Positions 1 through 8,259 of a stretch of DNA of 33,359 bases are shown here, piece by piece (the stretch's first letter is position 1; every line of letters begins with the position of its first letter). The DNA lies in the IMG/VR virus record IMGVR_UViG_3300017777_001247, positions 1 to 33,359 of that record; one strand, given 5' to 3'. This DNA is from a virus (lineage: Duplodnaviria; Caudoviricetes). Below the pieces are notes generated by a model. It was not told where the DNA came from. It saw only the letters and a program-made list of their open reading frames with translations, and searched no databases. Made by a program: the position numbers and the translations under genes.

Positions 1-642
1 GGTCAGCAAAGAGATTTGCTTGATAAACGTCTTGAGGAGCAAGGAAGAAGAAGAACTAATGAAGACCGTAAAAATGACAAAGAAGTAATGACAATGACTC
101 AAGGTGTAAGAAGCATTGAGAATTTGCAACGTCAATTACGTGACCCTGAAATTCGTACTGGATTAACTTCTAAGTTGGCTCCGTTGTTGCAAAAAATTAA
201 CTCTCTTCCAAATAAAGAAGATTTTGAATCGGCTATTTATAGAGAGCTTACCGGCAATGACAAGACAACACTGTTCTTAAAGGATGCGTTGTTAGAAACG
301 TATGCTATTGAGCGTGCGACTAAAGGTGGTCAACGCATAACTGTTCAAGATATGAAGATGGTTGGCCCTGTTCTTGACCCTACTAACTACAAGCCAGAGA
401 CTTACAACGCTTTGTTAGAGCAGCGCAGAAATGTTCTGTACAACAACTTGCAAGACATGGGATTAACTATTCCTGAAATTCAGGAAAGAGCCAAACAAAG
501 GGCATACGTTCCTTATGGCGGGGATACTTCTGCTCCAGCTAAAGAAATTAGTCCACAAGATAAGCAAGCATTAGATTGGGCAAACGCTAACCCTAAAGAC
601 CCAAGGTCAGCACAAATCAAAAAAAGGTTAGGAGTTCAATAA
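1..642 (+). CDS. C-terminal part of an internal virion (ejection) protein; probably continues the ORF starting at 32512
   Basis: Frame 1 is open from base 1 (GQQRDLLDKRLEEQ...), so the TTG at 16 is probably not the real start. The protein is helical and charged, and lies among ejection-type genes. Confidence 0.65.
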   Translation, partial: GQQRDLLDKRLEEQGRRRTNEDRKNDKEVMTMTQGVRSIENLQRQLRDPEIRTGLTSKLAPLLQKINSLPNKEDFESAIYRELTGNDKTTLFLKDALLETYAIERATKGGQRITVQDMKMVGPVLDPTNYKPETYNALLEQRRNVLYNNLQDMGLTIPEIQERAKQRAYVPYGGDTSAPAKEISPQDKQALDWANANPKDPRSAQIKKRLGVQ

Positions 643-2750
643 TGGCTTTCGACCCTGATAAATACTTAGCCGAGCCAGAACCATCAACGGGTTTTGACCC
701 TGATGCTTATTTGTCTAAAAAAGCAGCACCTACTACTAAAGCAGAGCCATCTCAGTTTGAACAAGTTGGTGAGTTTTTTAAAGGTGCAACATTACCGGTT
801 GCTGGCATGGTTCAATCCATTCCTTATGAGCCAATACAGCGTAAAGCTGCTGAGTATGTCAGAGGCGTTGAAGCTAAACCTGAGTACGTTGCTCCCGGTG
901 GAACGATTGGCGCACGAACATTAGGCAAAGGTATTGGTTCGCTAGGTTTAGGAACCGTTCCTCTTGGGAAGGCATTTGATATTACGGCAGCACTTCCTGC
1001 CATCCCTAAGATTTTATCTAGGACATTAGCTGGCACTGCTGGCGGTGCGTTGGCTGGTTCAGTTATGGAGGAATCTCCAACTGTTGAAGAAATAGGCCCA
1101 AGAAAACTACAGGCAGCAAAAACAGGTGCTATCACTGGAGCAATCATTACTCCTGCTTTATCTGGCATTGGAAGTCTTAGCAAGGGTGCCTATGACCTAG
1201 TAATGAGGGCAAAGGGTAAATCTGTTCAAGAAGCTATTGATGCGCTTAAAAATGTTGTTACTAAAGAAGCTAACGAAGCTAAACAATTTTTAACTCAAAA
1301 AAGTTATGAGGCTGAGAAAGCTGCTAGGTCAGAAGTTTCTACAGCCAGAGACATTACAGAAACAAGATATGCCACTCGTTCTAAATTAACCAAAGATTTG
1401 GATAACGCAAAAAAAGAAACTGAGACTTCTTTGAAAGGTTTAAGCAATAACCGTCAATCAGACGAAAACCTTGGAAAGTTTATTCAAAATTCTGGCAAAA
1501 AGAATATTGAATCTATTCGTGCAACAACAACAAAAGAAGCCATTAGAGATATTAAAGACCCTGCTTTTGAAAGAGCTAGAGGTCGTGCCGCTTCTGGCGA
1601 TACGCTATCAACTAATCCAGATAGCGCACCAATTTTAAAAGAAATTGTTTCTGATATTGAGCAGCAAATTGCTGACGTTCCGGGAAGATTTAGGGGTGAA
1701 TTAGAAGGTCGCATTGATGACATTATTGGAAAAAAGACTCCTTTGTCATCTAATGAATTGCGTGTTGAGCAATTAAGAGAATCTAGTATTCCGGGATACA
1801 TTGCTCAAAAATTCAAACGTGAGCCTTTAACGCTTCATCAAGCTGAATTTTTACGTCGATGGGCTAAAGACCCTATTTTGCGTAAAGACACCGGCTTTGG
1901 TTCTTTAGATGCTACTCGTATGGAGGGGACAGGTAATAGAATTGAACAGGCAATGACGGCTTATGAGCCTGACGTTGGTCGTTACATTCAAACTTACAAA
2001 GCAGGTAAAGAAGCTGAACGTGTTGCTTCCGGTGGACGTCGCGGTGAAGGTTTGACAGAGCAGGTAGCAAAGACAGAAGATGAAATTCTTTTTTCTAACA
2101 AACCTCAACAAGTTGCTTCCTACTACTTAGACGGAACCAGAGAGTCAGCTAATAAACTAATTCGTTTGGTTGGCGGCAAGACACCTGAATTGGTTAATAG
2201 AGTCAAGTCCAATGTCAGGGAAAAGATTGAAGGCATGACCGCAGAAAAGACTGCTGAGTTTGCGGCTAAAAACCAAGGTTTATTTCAAGCGTTTCCTGAA
2301 GTTGGTCAAGCTGTTAATAAAGTGGTTCAGTCTCGTCAAGCGCAGCAACGCTTAGAATCAATGTTAGGTAAAACGGCTGGCAAAGGTGAGCGTCTTGAGC
2401 AAGCCTTGGGAACTGAGATTACGTCTGCTGAAAAGCTAGCTAAACAAGTTGAGTCTGGAAAGAAAGCTGTCGCTCCTTATCAACAATTCCTTGAGAAATT
2501 TGAAGGTGCTAAAGGTGAAGAAGTATTTACTGAAAGCAAAAAAATTGTTGATAAATTAAGACAAGATGGAATTGTTGAACCTGCAAAATATCAAGAAATG
2601 CTTTCTCAAATCAGGGATATTGAACAAAAATACGGTGCAAGTGACGAAGCTAAAAAGCGGGTTAAAACAGTTCTGTATGTTGGTTTGGTTGGTTTTGGTG
2701 GGTACAAGGCTTACAGGGGGGCAACAGATTACCTTGGATTAGGACAGTAA
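642..2750 (+). CDS. Large internal virion / DNA-ejection protein (702 aa)
   Basis: N-terminal duplicated FDPDxYL motif, Gly/Ala-rich hydrophobic stretch, long helical body and hydrophobic C-terminal helix. Last large gene after the tail cluster, as in podovirus ejectosomes. Confidence 0.65.
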   Translation: MAFDPDKYLAEPEPSTGFDPDAYLSKKAAPTTKAEPSQFEQVGEFFKGATLPVAGMVQSIPYEPIQRKAAEYVRGVEAKPEYVAPGGTIGARTLGKGIGSLGLGTVPLGKAFDITAALPAIPKILSRTLAGTAGGALAGSVMEESPTVEEIGPRKLQAAKTGAITGAIITPALSGIGSLSKGAYDLVMRAKGKSVQEAIDALKNVVTKEANEAKQFLTQKSYEAEKAARSEVSTARDITETRYATRSKLTKDLDNAKKETETSLKGLSNNRQSDENLGKFIQNSGKKNIESIRATTTKEAIRDIKDPAFERARGRAASGDTLSTNPDSAPILKEIVSDIEQQIADVPGRFRGELEGRIDDIIGKKTPLSSNELRVEQLRESSIPGYIAQKFKREPLTLHQAEFLRRWAKDPILRKDTGFGSLDATRMEGTGNRIEQAMTAYEPDVGRYIQTYKAGKEAERVASGGRRGEGLTEQVAKTEDEILFSNKPQQVASYYLDGTRESANKLIRLVGGKTPELVNRVKSNVREKIEGMTAEKTAEFAAKNQGLFQAFPEVGQAVNKVVQSRQAQQRLESMLGKTAGKGERLEQALGTEITSAEKLAKQVESGKKAVAPYQQFLEKFEGAKGEEVFTESKKIVDKLRQDGIVEPAKYQEMLSQIRDIEQKYGASDEAKKRVKTVLYVGLVGFGGYKAYRGATDYLGLGQ

Positions 2751-2959
2751 TGGCTAAGAAAACAAAGGGGATAAATCCAGAACTTGAGAGTGCTATTGCT
2801 CAGATGTTGGTAGCTGTCATGAATGACCCAACAGCGTCCATTACAGACAAGACAAAGGTTTTGGATAGGGCGTTAAAGCTGGAGGCAATTAAACTCAAGC
2901 TGTCGGACGATGAGTGGGGTTCTGGCTTTGGTATGGACGATGAGGACGATAAGGATTAG
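2750..2959 (+). CDS. Hypothetical protein (69 aa, acidic tail)
   Basis: TAATG translational coupling to the upstream gene. Confidence 0.75.
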   Translation: MAKKTKGINPELESAIAQMLVAVMNDPTASITDKTKVLDRALKLEAIKLKLSDDEWGSGFGMDDEDDKD

Positions 2960-2990
2960 ACTGTGAATCTCTTTTATTTAGGGGATAAAT

Positions 2991-3218
2991 ATGGACGGAA
3001 TCCAAGTCGTTACTATTGCGCTCAGAGTCATCTCAGACCGCTTGATTACAATTTTGGCACTGATAGCGTCAAGCGTGATGTGTGGTTGGACAATGTGGAA
3101 CCCATTGTGGGAACGGGTATCAACTCTAGCGATATTCGTAATATTCAGTTACCTTTTGGTAAAAACGAAAGAAAGGAATAATGATGAAAGACCCAAAGGA
3201 CTTGGAACGCAAGAGTAG
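2991..3218 (+). CDS. Small 2-TM membrane protein (possibly holin/antiholin-like)
   Basis: GGGGATAAAT RBS before the ATG; two hydrophobic segments and a charged C-terminus; near the lysis genes. Confidence 0.7.
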   Translation: MDGIQVVTIALRVISDRLITILALIASSVMCGWTMWNPLWERVSTLAIFVIFSYLLVKTKERNNDERPKGLGTQE

Positions 3219-3432
3219 TGTTCCGCAAGGTGGTGACAATCTGAACTGGTCGCAAAAGTATTCTAAGCCAGTTCGTCCACAAAACCCATCTGACAACACG
3301 CAAGGCGGTCAACCTAAGTGGGAACTCGGCACTATGCCTAAAGGTGGCTACCGTTCTGTCTTCTGTTTTGAGGACGGAAACTATTCAACCAAAATCAGCA
3401 AGACGTCTGGTGGCGGTAAAAAGGTGTACTAA
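3181..3432 (+). CDS. Hypothetical protein (83 aa)
   Basis: AAGGAA RBS; stop overlaps the next ATG; weak similarity to 19900..20085. Confidence 0.7.
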   Translation: MMKDPKDLERKSSVPQGGDNLNWSQKYSKPVRPQNPSDNTQGGQPKWELGTMPKGGYRSVFCFEDGNYSTKISKTSGGGKKVY

Positions 3433-3773
3433 TGGCTAATAACATTCCGTTTCAACCGATGGGTAAAACTACTCGGATAAATGTTACAACATCAGCAAAT
3501 ACGGTTGCTATTCTGTCTGACAGCCCTGCTAATCAAGTAAGAATTCATAACGGAACGGCTGCTGAAGTATTTGTTCGTTTAGGAATTTCTAGTGCGGATG
3601 ATGCTGTTATTCCTGTGGCTGGAACGCCTGCTTATGGTTTTGTTTTGCATAACAATGCAACGAATATTTTTACTGCGCCTAAACAGTCAGCAAATACAGC
3701 GGTGTTGTATGTGTCAGCCATTTCCGCCTCTGGAAACGCAACTATTTACGTAACTCCGGGTGAGGGCTTGTAA
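3432..3773 (+). CDS. Small beta-rich probable virion protein, paralog of 27384..27713
   Basis: C-terminus SAISASGNATIYVTPGEGL versus SAISSSGTATIYITPGDGL in the paralog. Confidence 0.75.
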   Translation: MANNIPFQPMGKTTRINVTTSANTVAILSDSPANQVRIHNGTAAEVFVRLGISSADDAVIPVAGTPAYGFVLHNNATNIFTAPKQSANTAVLYVSAISASGNATIYVTPGEGL

Positions 3774-4180
3774 TGTCTTTAGACCCTATAACTGCTATCT
3801 TAAACATTGGCAGTAAGGTCATCGACCGTGTATGGCCTGACCCTACTCAAGCTGCGGCGGCTAAGTTAGAGTTATTTAAGCTACAACAGTCTGGTGAGTT
3901 GCAGCAAATCATGGGTCAGCTAGAAATTAACAAGACAGAGGCTGCTAATGCTTCTGTTTTTGTTTCTGGATGGCGTCCTTTTATTGGTTGGACTTGCGGA
4001 ATTGCGTGCGCTTGGAATTGGGTGGGCATATCAATAGCTAAAGTTGTTGCTGCGTTTTTGCAGTATTCAATAGTTTTAATTCCTGCTGACCTGTCTGAAA
4101 TGCTGCCTGTTTTGATGGGTATGTTGGGTCTTGGTGCATTAAGAACTGTTGAGAAGATTCAGGGTGTAGCAGCAAAATGA
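3773..4180 (+). CDS. Holin, 3TM gene-transfer-release family
   Basis: GWRPFIGW and MLGLGALRTVEK signatures; directly upstream of the endolysin. Confidence 0.85.
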   Translation: MSLDPITAILNIGSKVIDRVWPDPTQAAAAKLELFKLQQSGELQQIMGQLEINKTEAANASVFVSGWRPFIGWTCGIACAWNWVGISIAKVVAAFLQYSIVLIPADLSEMLPVLMGMLGLGALRTVEKIQGVAAK

Positions 4181-4599
4181 TAAGCAGTAGAAATCTGGAT
4201 GATTTACTTCCTGCTGTTAAAGAGCGTGTAGAGAGGTTTATAGCGTCTGCCAAGACTGAGGGAATTGATTTGCTAGTAACCAGTACCTACAGAGACAATG
4301 AGAGCCAGAACGCCCTTTACGCGCAGGGTAGAACAACTGCGGGAAGAATCGTCACCAATGCAAAGGCTGGTCAATCTTTCCATAATTACCGCTGCGCTGT
4401 TGACGTTGTTCCTCTTGTCAATGGTAAGCCAGCATGGAATGTCAAGGATGAGGTTTGGCAGACGATTGGCAAACTTGGCAAAGCACAGGGTTTAGAGTGG
4501 GCAGGGGATTGGAAACGGTTTAAGGAATACCCGCACTTTCAATACACAGGTGGTTTGACTTTAGCTCAGTTGCAGTCAGGGGAGAAAATTAATGGCTGA
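4177..4599 (+). CDS. Endolysin, M15 family L-Ala-D-Glu peptidase (CwlK/Ply500-like)
   Basis: R..Q..LYAQGRT, SFHNY..AVD and W.GDW..F.E.PHFQ zinc-peptidase motifs. Confidence 0.92.
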   Translation: MISSRNLDDLLPAVKERVERFIASAKTEGIDLLVTSTYRDNESQNALYAQGRTTAGRIVTNAKAGQSFHNYRCAVDVVPLVNGKPAWNVKDEVWQTIGKLGKAQGLEWAGDWKRFKEYPHFQYTGGLTLAQLQSGEKING

Positions 4600-4996
4600 T
4601 AAAGAAGTTCTTGACCCGCACGGCTATCCTATTGAGATGGATAGACCTGTTGTTTTTGATGAGGGAAAGCTAGACCCCCATACTGAACTTTCTATTACGG
4701 AAAGCGCGTCAGATTTAGGTTTGCCGGGAGAGGGTTTTTACAATGTTCCTTCTATTTATGAAGGAAAAATTTACAATCCTCAAGACCCAACTCACTACGA
4801 AACTATTAAAAATTACGCTCAGAAACAGGCGGCTCAAGGGTTTAGGTTTCCTAACTTTCCTTCCGTTGAAGAAGCTGAAAAAGCAGCACAGGCTAGAAGT
4901 GAATACTTTAATCAGGTCAAAGCAGAAATGCTTAGAGAAGCTGTTGAGAAACGTAGGCAAGAACTCATGCTTCAGATGATAAAGGGAACTAGGTAA
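4592..4996 (+). CDS. Hypothetical protein (134 aa)
   Basis: GGAGA RBS; overlaps or couples with both neighbours. Confidence 0.75.
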   Translation: MADKEVLDPHGYPIEMDRPVVFDEGKLDPHTELSITESASDLGLPGEGFYNVPSIYEGKIYNPQDPTHYETIKNYAQKQAAQGFRFPNFPSVEEAEKAAQARSEYFNQVKAEMLREAVEKRRQELMLQMIKGTR

Positions 4997-5220
4997 TGTC
5001 TAAAGACACTAACCTATCTGTCGGCAGGGGTGAGAAGCTGTCAGTTAAGGCTGGCGGTGGTCTGACCGCTAAAGGTCGTAAGAAGTACAATCGTGCTACC
5101 GGCAGTAAACTAAAAGCCCCGACTAAATCAGGACCAAGACACAAGTCTTTCTGTGCAAGGTCTAAGAGCTGGAAGGGTGTACGTGGTAAAGCAGCTAGAA
5201 GACGTTGGGGATGCAGATGA
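4996..5220 (+). CDS. Small basic phage protein (RxKSFCAR...RRWGC type)
   Basis: K/R-rich 74 aa; this motif type is common in aquatic phage genomes. Confidence 0.75.
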   Translation: MSKDTNLSVGRGEKLSVKAGGGLTAKGRKKYNRATGSKLKAPTKSGPRHKSFCARSKSWKGVRGKAARRRWGCR

Positions 5221-5369
5221 GTGACGGTCTATACGCAAACATTCACGCCAAGCGCAAACGCATCAAGCGCGGTTCTGGTGAGCGCATGAGAGCTATTGGT
5301 AGCAAGGGTGCGCCAACTGCAAAAGCATTTAAACGGTCAGCAAAGACAGCTAGAAAACGCCGTCGTTAA
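5217..5369 (+). CDS. Small basic protein, 50 aa (MSDGLYANIHAKRKRIKRGSGERMR...KRRR); not in the ORF track
   Basis: ATGA overlap at 5217-5220 and TAA at 5367-5369; GLYANIHAKRKR motif typical of aquatic phages. Confidence 0.8.
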   Translation: MSDGLYANIHAKRKRIKRGSGERMRAIGSKGAPTAKAFKRSAKTARKRRR

Positions 5370-5723
5370 TCAGTCAAAGTCAGCGACTAAGTACCATTCG
5401 GTGATGTAGTCTTTAAAGGCGATTAGACCTTTACCAGATTCGGCATAACTGCCGTTTGGCAAAACCCGCCAGAAACGCTCTACACGCATCCCGTTCTCAG
5501 TATCTCCAGAAACAACCAAGACAGTGGTCTTAGGTAGCCTTGAAAGGGCTTTTAAGAGGATTTCTTGGCCTTTGCTTATCTTCTCACCGTCTCGTTTCCA
5601 TTCGCCAAACAGGAAGTGTCCTCGACGTTCTAAAACCATATCCAAGTTTGACGGCAACACCTTCCCAAGTAAACCTGACAGCTCCCCAAAATCAACATGG
5701 GGAGCATATTTGTCGCGCATCAT
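5370..5723 (-). CDS. Putative PD-(D/E)xK (VRR-NUC-like) nuclease-fold protein
   Basis: PSNLD...FLFGEWK.DG...S.GQ pattern; coupled to the upstream GT gene. Confidence 0.5.
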   Translation of the reverse strand: MMRDKYAPHVDFGELSGLLGKVLPSNLDMVLERRGHFLFGEWKRDGEKISKGQEILLKALSRLPKTTVLVVSGDTENGMRVERFWRVLPNGSYAESGKGLIAFKDYITEWYLVADFD

Positions 5724-6457
5724 GGTGTTTGCAACAACTGGCCTTCAAAAGCATACGTGCCAACGTGAGCTAACTTCACCCAAGGTGCTGCCCATACCGT
5801 TTTACCTATTTTGCGTGCTTTCTTACAAAAGTCGTAATCCTCAGAAAGCAAGATATTGGATTCTGGCTCTATCTGCGTAGCAAAGAACTCATTGATGGTT
5901 TCACCGTTATTGGGATTGCTCAAATCCAATACGTTATTTTTGTATGTCGGTACGTTGCCAATCAAATCCTCAAATACCTGACGTTTAATCAGCATAAAAC
6001 CAGTTCCACCGTTCCAAATCTCTACTGGCTGGTTAATTGGCACTGTTACTTCATTCTTATAATCCACCAGATTGACTACAAACGCCCCTGTATGGTGTTT
6101 TAGCTGGTCATCCGGTACACCGGCATTGATTGCATTACGAACGGTCTGCCAGTTGATTTCTTTCTTTGGATAGATGCCACAAATAATGTCTTTATCGGCT
6201 TCTAACATTGGAATAATGTCATTAGGATTGAAGTGAATATCCGCATCAATAAACATCATATGCGTAGCGTCAGACTTCAAAAAGTGACTAGCCAGTAAGT
6301 TTCTAGCCCGTTGAATCAACGATTCATTAAACAGGTAAGAATAGCTAAGATTGATATTGGCTTCCTTGCATAGAATTTGCAGTTTTAAAGAAGATTGCGC
6401 GTAAAAGCCATAGCACAAGCCGCCGTACATCGGTGTTGCTACAAAAATATGTTTCAT
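5720..6457 (-). CDS. GT-A fold glycosyltransferase-like protein (245 aa)
   Basis: IFVATPMY, RARN, FIDADI (DxD), GTGFMLIKR, LSEDYDFC and HVG motifs. Start placed at ATG 6457, behind an AGGGGAT RBS. Confidence 0.8.
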   Translation of the reverse strand: MKHIFVATPMYGGLCYGFYAQSSLKLQILCKEANINLSYSYLFNESLIQRARNLLASHFLKSDATHMMFIDADIHFNPNDIIPMLEADKDIICGIYPKKEINWQTVRNAINAGVPDDQLKHHTGAFVVNLVDYKNEVTVPINQPVEIWNGGTGFMLIKRQVFEDLIGNVPTYKNNVLDLSNPNNGETINEFFATQIEPESNILLSEDYDFCKKARKIGKTVWAAPWVKLAHVGTYAFEGQLLQTP

Positions 6458-6484
6458 TAAATCCCCTTGTTGAATTAGTGGGCT

Positions 6485-6541
6485 GACCGAAACGTTGCCC
6501 AAGCGTTCCTAACCTGTCCTCAGAGGGACTCGCCTTCGGTC
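6485..6541 (-). ncRNA. Putative structured antisense sRNA presenting the seed AGGUUAGGAAC
   Basis: Closing stem 6485-6494/6531-6541 and inner hairpin 6516-6519/6526-6529. The unpaired seed at 6505-6515 is complementary to 8 early-gene leaders. Confidence 0.55.
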
Positions 6542-6909
6542 TGGCGGGGGTCTGGCAATTCTTCAATCAAAACCCGTATAAGGCCACCTTTGATTTGTTC
6601 TCCGCGAATCATCTCAATGTGGTCTACCTGAAAATCATCATCGAAAACCCCTGCGTCTTGAAGGCTGTCTAGGACTGCCTTAATCCGGTTGTCGATGTCA
6701 ATTTTCCTCTTATCTCTAGGGCGCAAAATCATTGTTATCTTCAACTTCTTGTCCCCAAATTTAGGAATGTTCTTTTCTATGATGTAGTCCTGAACGTCTG
6801 TTTTGAATTGCCGTCCATTTTTTGAGAGAACAGTTCTCCCTCGAAAGTTTCGCCAGTAGGTATTCATACTTGGCGGGAACGGCAACTCAAGCCATACGTG
6901 CATTACCAA
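6520..6909 (-). CDS. rusA: RusA-family Holliday junction resolvase
   Basis: LPFPPSMNTYWR, DIDNRIKAVLDSL and DDFQV catalytic Asp motifs. Confidence 0.93.
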   Translation of the reverse strand: MVMHVWLELPFPPSMNTYWRNFRGRTVLSKNGRQFKTDVQDYIIEKNIPKFGDKKLKITMILRPRDKRKIDIDNRIKAVLDSLQDAGVFDDDFQVDHIEMIRGEQIKGGLIRVLIEELPDPRQTEGESL

Positions 6910-7184
6910 GGAATATCGCCAGCCATCTTATTCTTTGGTGTTATCTCTTTCGGATACTGAGAATCCTTCTGCTTATCTTTCCAGTCGGGGTCAGTTACCT
7001 TGATGTTGAAATACTCACCATGAGGTCCGTCGTTCTTCCAGATACCGAAATTAACAATCTGGCCTTTGACGCATAGGGTTCCCTTTAAATCAGGGTCAGT
7101 ATCCTTTTGCTTGTATTTGTTGTGCGTGATTCTTCCCTTCAGTTCTTGGGGAATAAACTTTGTATACTCTTTTGCTTCACTCAT
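6903..7184 (-). CDS. Small ssDNA-binding-like protein (93 aa)
   Basis: PDLKG..W OB-like core and C-terminal DIPW tail resembling the SSB DIPF tail; lies between the annealase and RusA. Start at ATG 7184 behind AAGGAA. Confidence 0.6.
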   Translation of the reverse strand: MSEAKEYTKFIPQELKGRITHNKYKQKDTDPDLKGTLCVKGQIVNFGIWKNDGPHGEYFNIKVTDPDWKDKQKDSQYPKEITPKNKMAGDIPW

Positions 7185-7245
7185 TACAGGTTCCTTTATT
7201 TTGGGTAGAAATGCCCCGATGCTTTGGGGCGAGGTATGCCGGAAA

Positions 7246-8043
7246 TTATTCAATAGCGTCCTCCAAGTCTGCAAAGGTATCTACACCTTGTTTGGCTGCT
7301 ATAAATTGTGTCTTGGTCACAGCGTCCATGCGCTTAATTGCATCAGCGTTCCCCGCCTCCCAAGTTTTTCGCTTTTCTGACTTTTCTTCCTTCTTTAGCT
7401 TCGGCGAATTCTCGATAGCGTCCAGCATGGCTACATAACGCTCAATGTAGTCTTGCCAGTTCGTGCAATTAGCGTAAACGCTACCGTCAGGCAGGAATAG
7501 CTGATACTCGCTTACCGGTTCCTCAATAACGATTTCTGCTTCGCCCATGTCCTTGACTGTCTGGCTAGGCGTTTTGAACGTCTCAACTTCCTCTGGCGTG
7601 TAAACGCCAACGACGCACGACGGATAGACTGTTCTAACCCCTTCGCTGACGCATCTGGCTCTGAGCATAGCTCTGGCGTAATTCTTCCAGTTATCCTTAG
7701 ACGTAAGTCCAATTCTCTTTGCCATCTCGAATGTCCAAGTGACAGTAACAGACCCGCCATTGGGGTGAGAAAAAGTACCAATAACTCTTTCATCCGTGTA
7801 TTCCTCCCATTTGACTGAACCACCGGCTTGCTGGAAACGTCCAAGCATGGCATCAGCCTTCAAAGCAGGACGTCCTTGTATGACATGAAAATCCCTCATA
7901 GCAATAGCAGGGTGCATATTTTCAGCTTGACAGAGAAGCATAATTGCCATTGCTTCCTCAGTCGATTTAAAGCCGAACATCTTCGACTTGGCTGCTACTT
8001 CAGCCATCTCTCTTATTTCTGTAATCGGTACTAAGGCGGTCAT
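7246..8043 (-). CDS. ssDNA-annealing recombinase, RecT/Red-beta superfamily
   Basis: HVIQGRP, W..Y...ML.AR...R..YP and GVYTPEE motifs; downstream of a YqaJ exonuclease. Confidence 0.8.
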   Translation of the reverse strand: MTALVPITEIREMAEVAAKSKMFGFKSTEEAMAIMLLCQAENMHPAIAMRDFHVIQGRPALKADAMLGRFQQAGGSVKWEEYTDERVIGTFSHPNGGSVTVTWTFEMAKRIGLTSKDNWKNYARAMLRARCVSEGVRTVYPSCVVGVYTPEEVETFKTPSQTVKDMGEAEIVIEEPVSEYQLFLPDGSVYANCTNWQDYIERYVAMLDAIENSPKLKKEEKSEKRKTWEAGNADAIKRMDAVTKTQFIAAKQGVDTFADLEDAIE

Positions 8044-8252
8044 AAATTCCTCGCTTTCATCATTTCTTCTGCTTGTGCATAAGCGGCTAAAGCAACATTC
8101 ATCCTTCGCTCATTACTATCAGAAAAAGTTGGGTCAGTATCAAAAATAGGTATTAACGCTTTCATGGCTTCACCGGCAAAGTGGTCGCGCAACGTCATAC
8201 CGCTTTCTTGTGTGCCTGTCTTGGGATTGTGTCCAGAAGGATAAGCAAACAT
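8040..8252 (-). CDS. Conserved small phage protein (GMTLRDxFA family, 70 aa)
   Basis: GMTLRDHFAGEAM...AY..A..M..AR motif; start at ATG 8252 after GAGG. Confidence 0.8.
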   Translation of the reverse strand: MFAYPSGHNPKTGTQESGMTLRDHFAGEAMKALIPIFDTDPTFSDSNERRMNVALAAYAQAEEMMKARNL

Positions 8253-8259
8253 ATCGGCC

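Noticed and set aside
2963-3181. 72-aa alternative ORF
   Set aside because: It overlaps 2991..3218, which has the clear RBS and a coherent 2-TM product.
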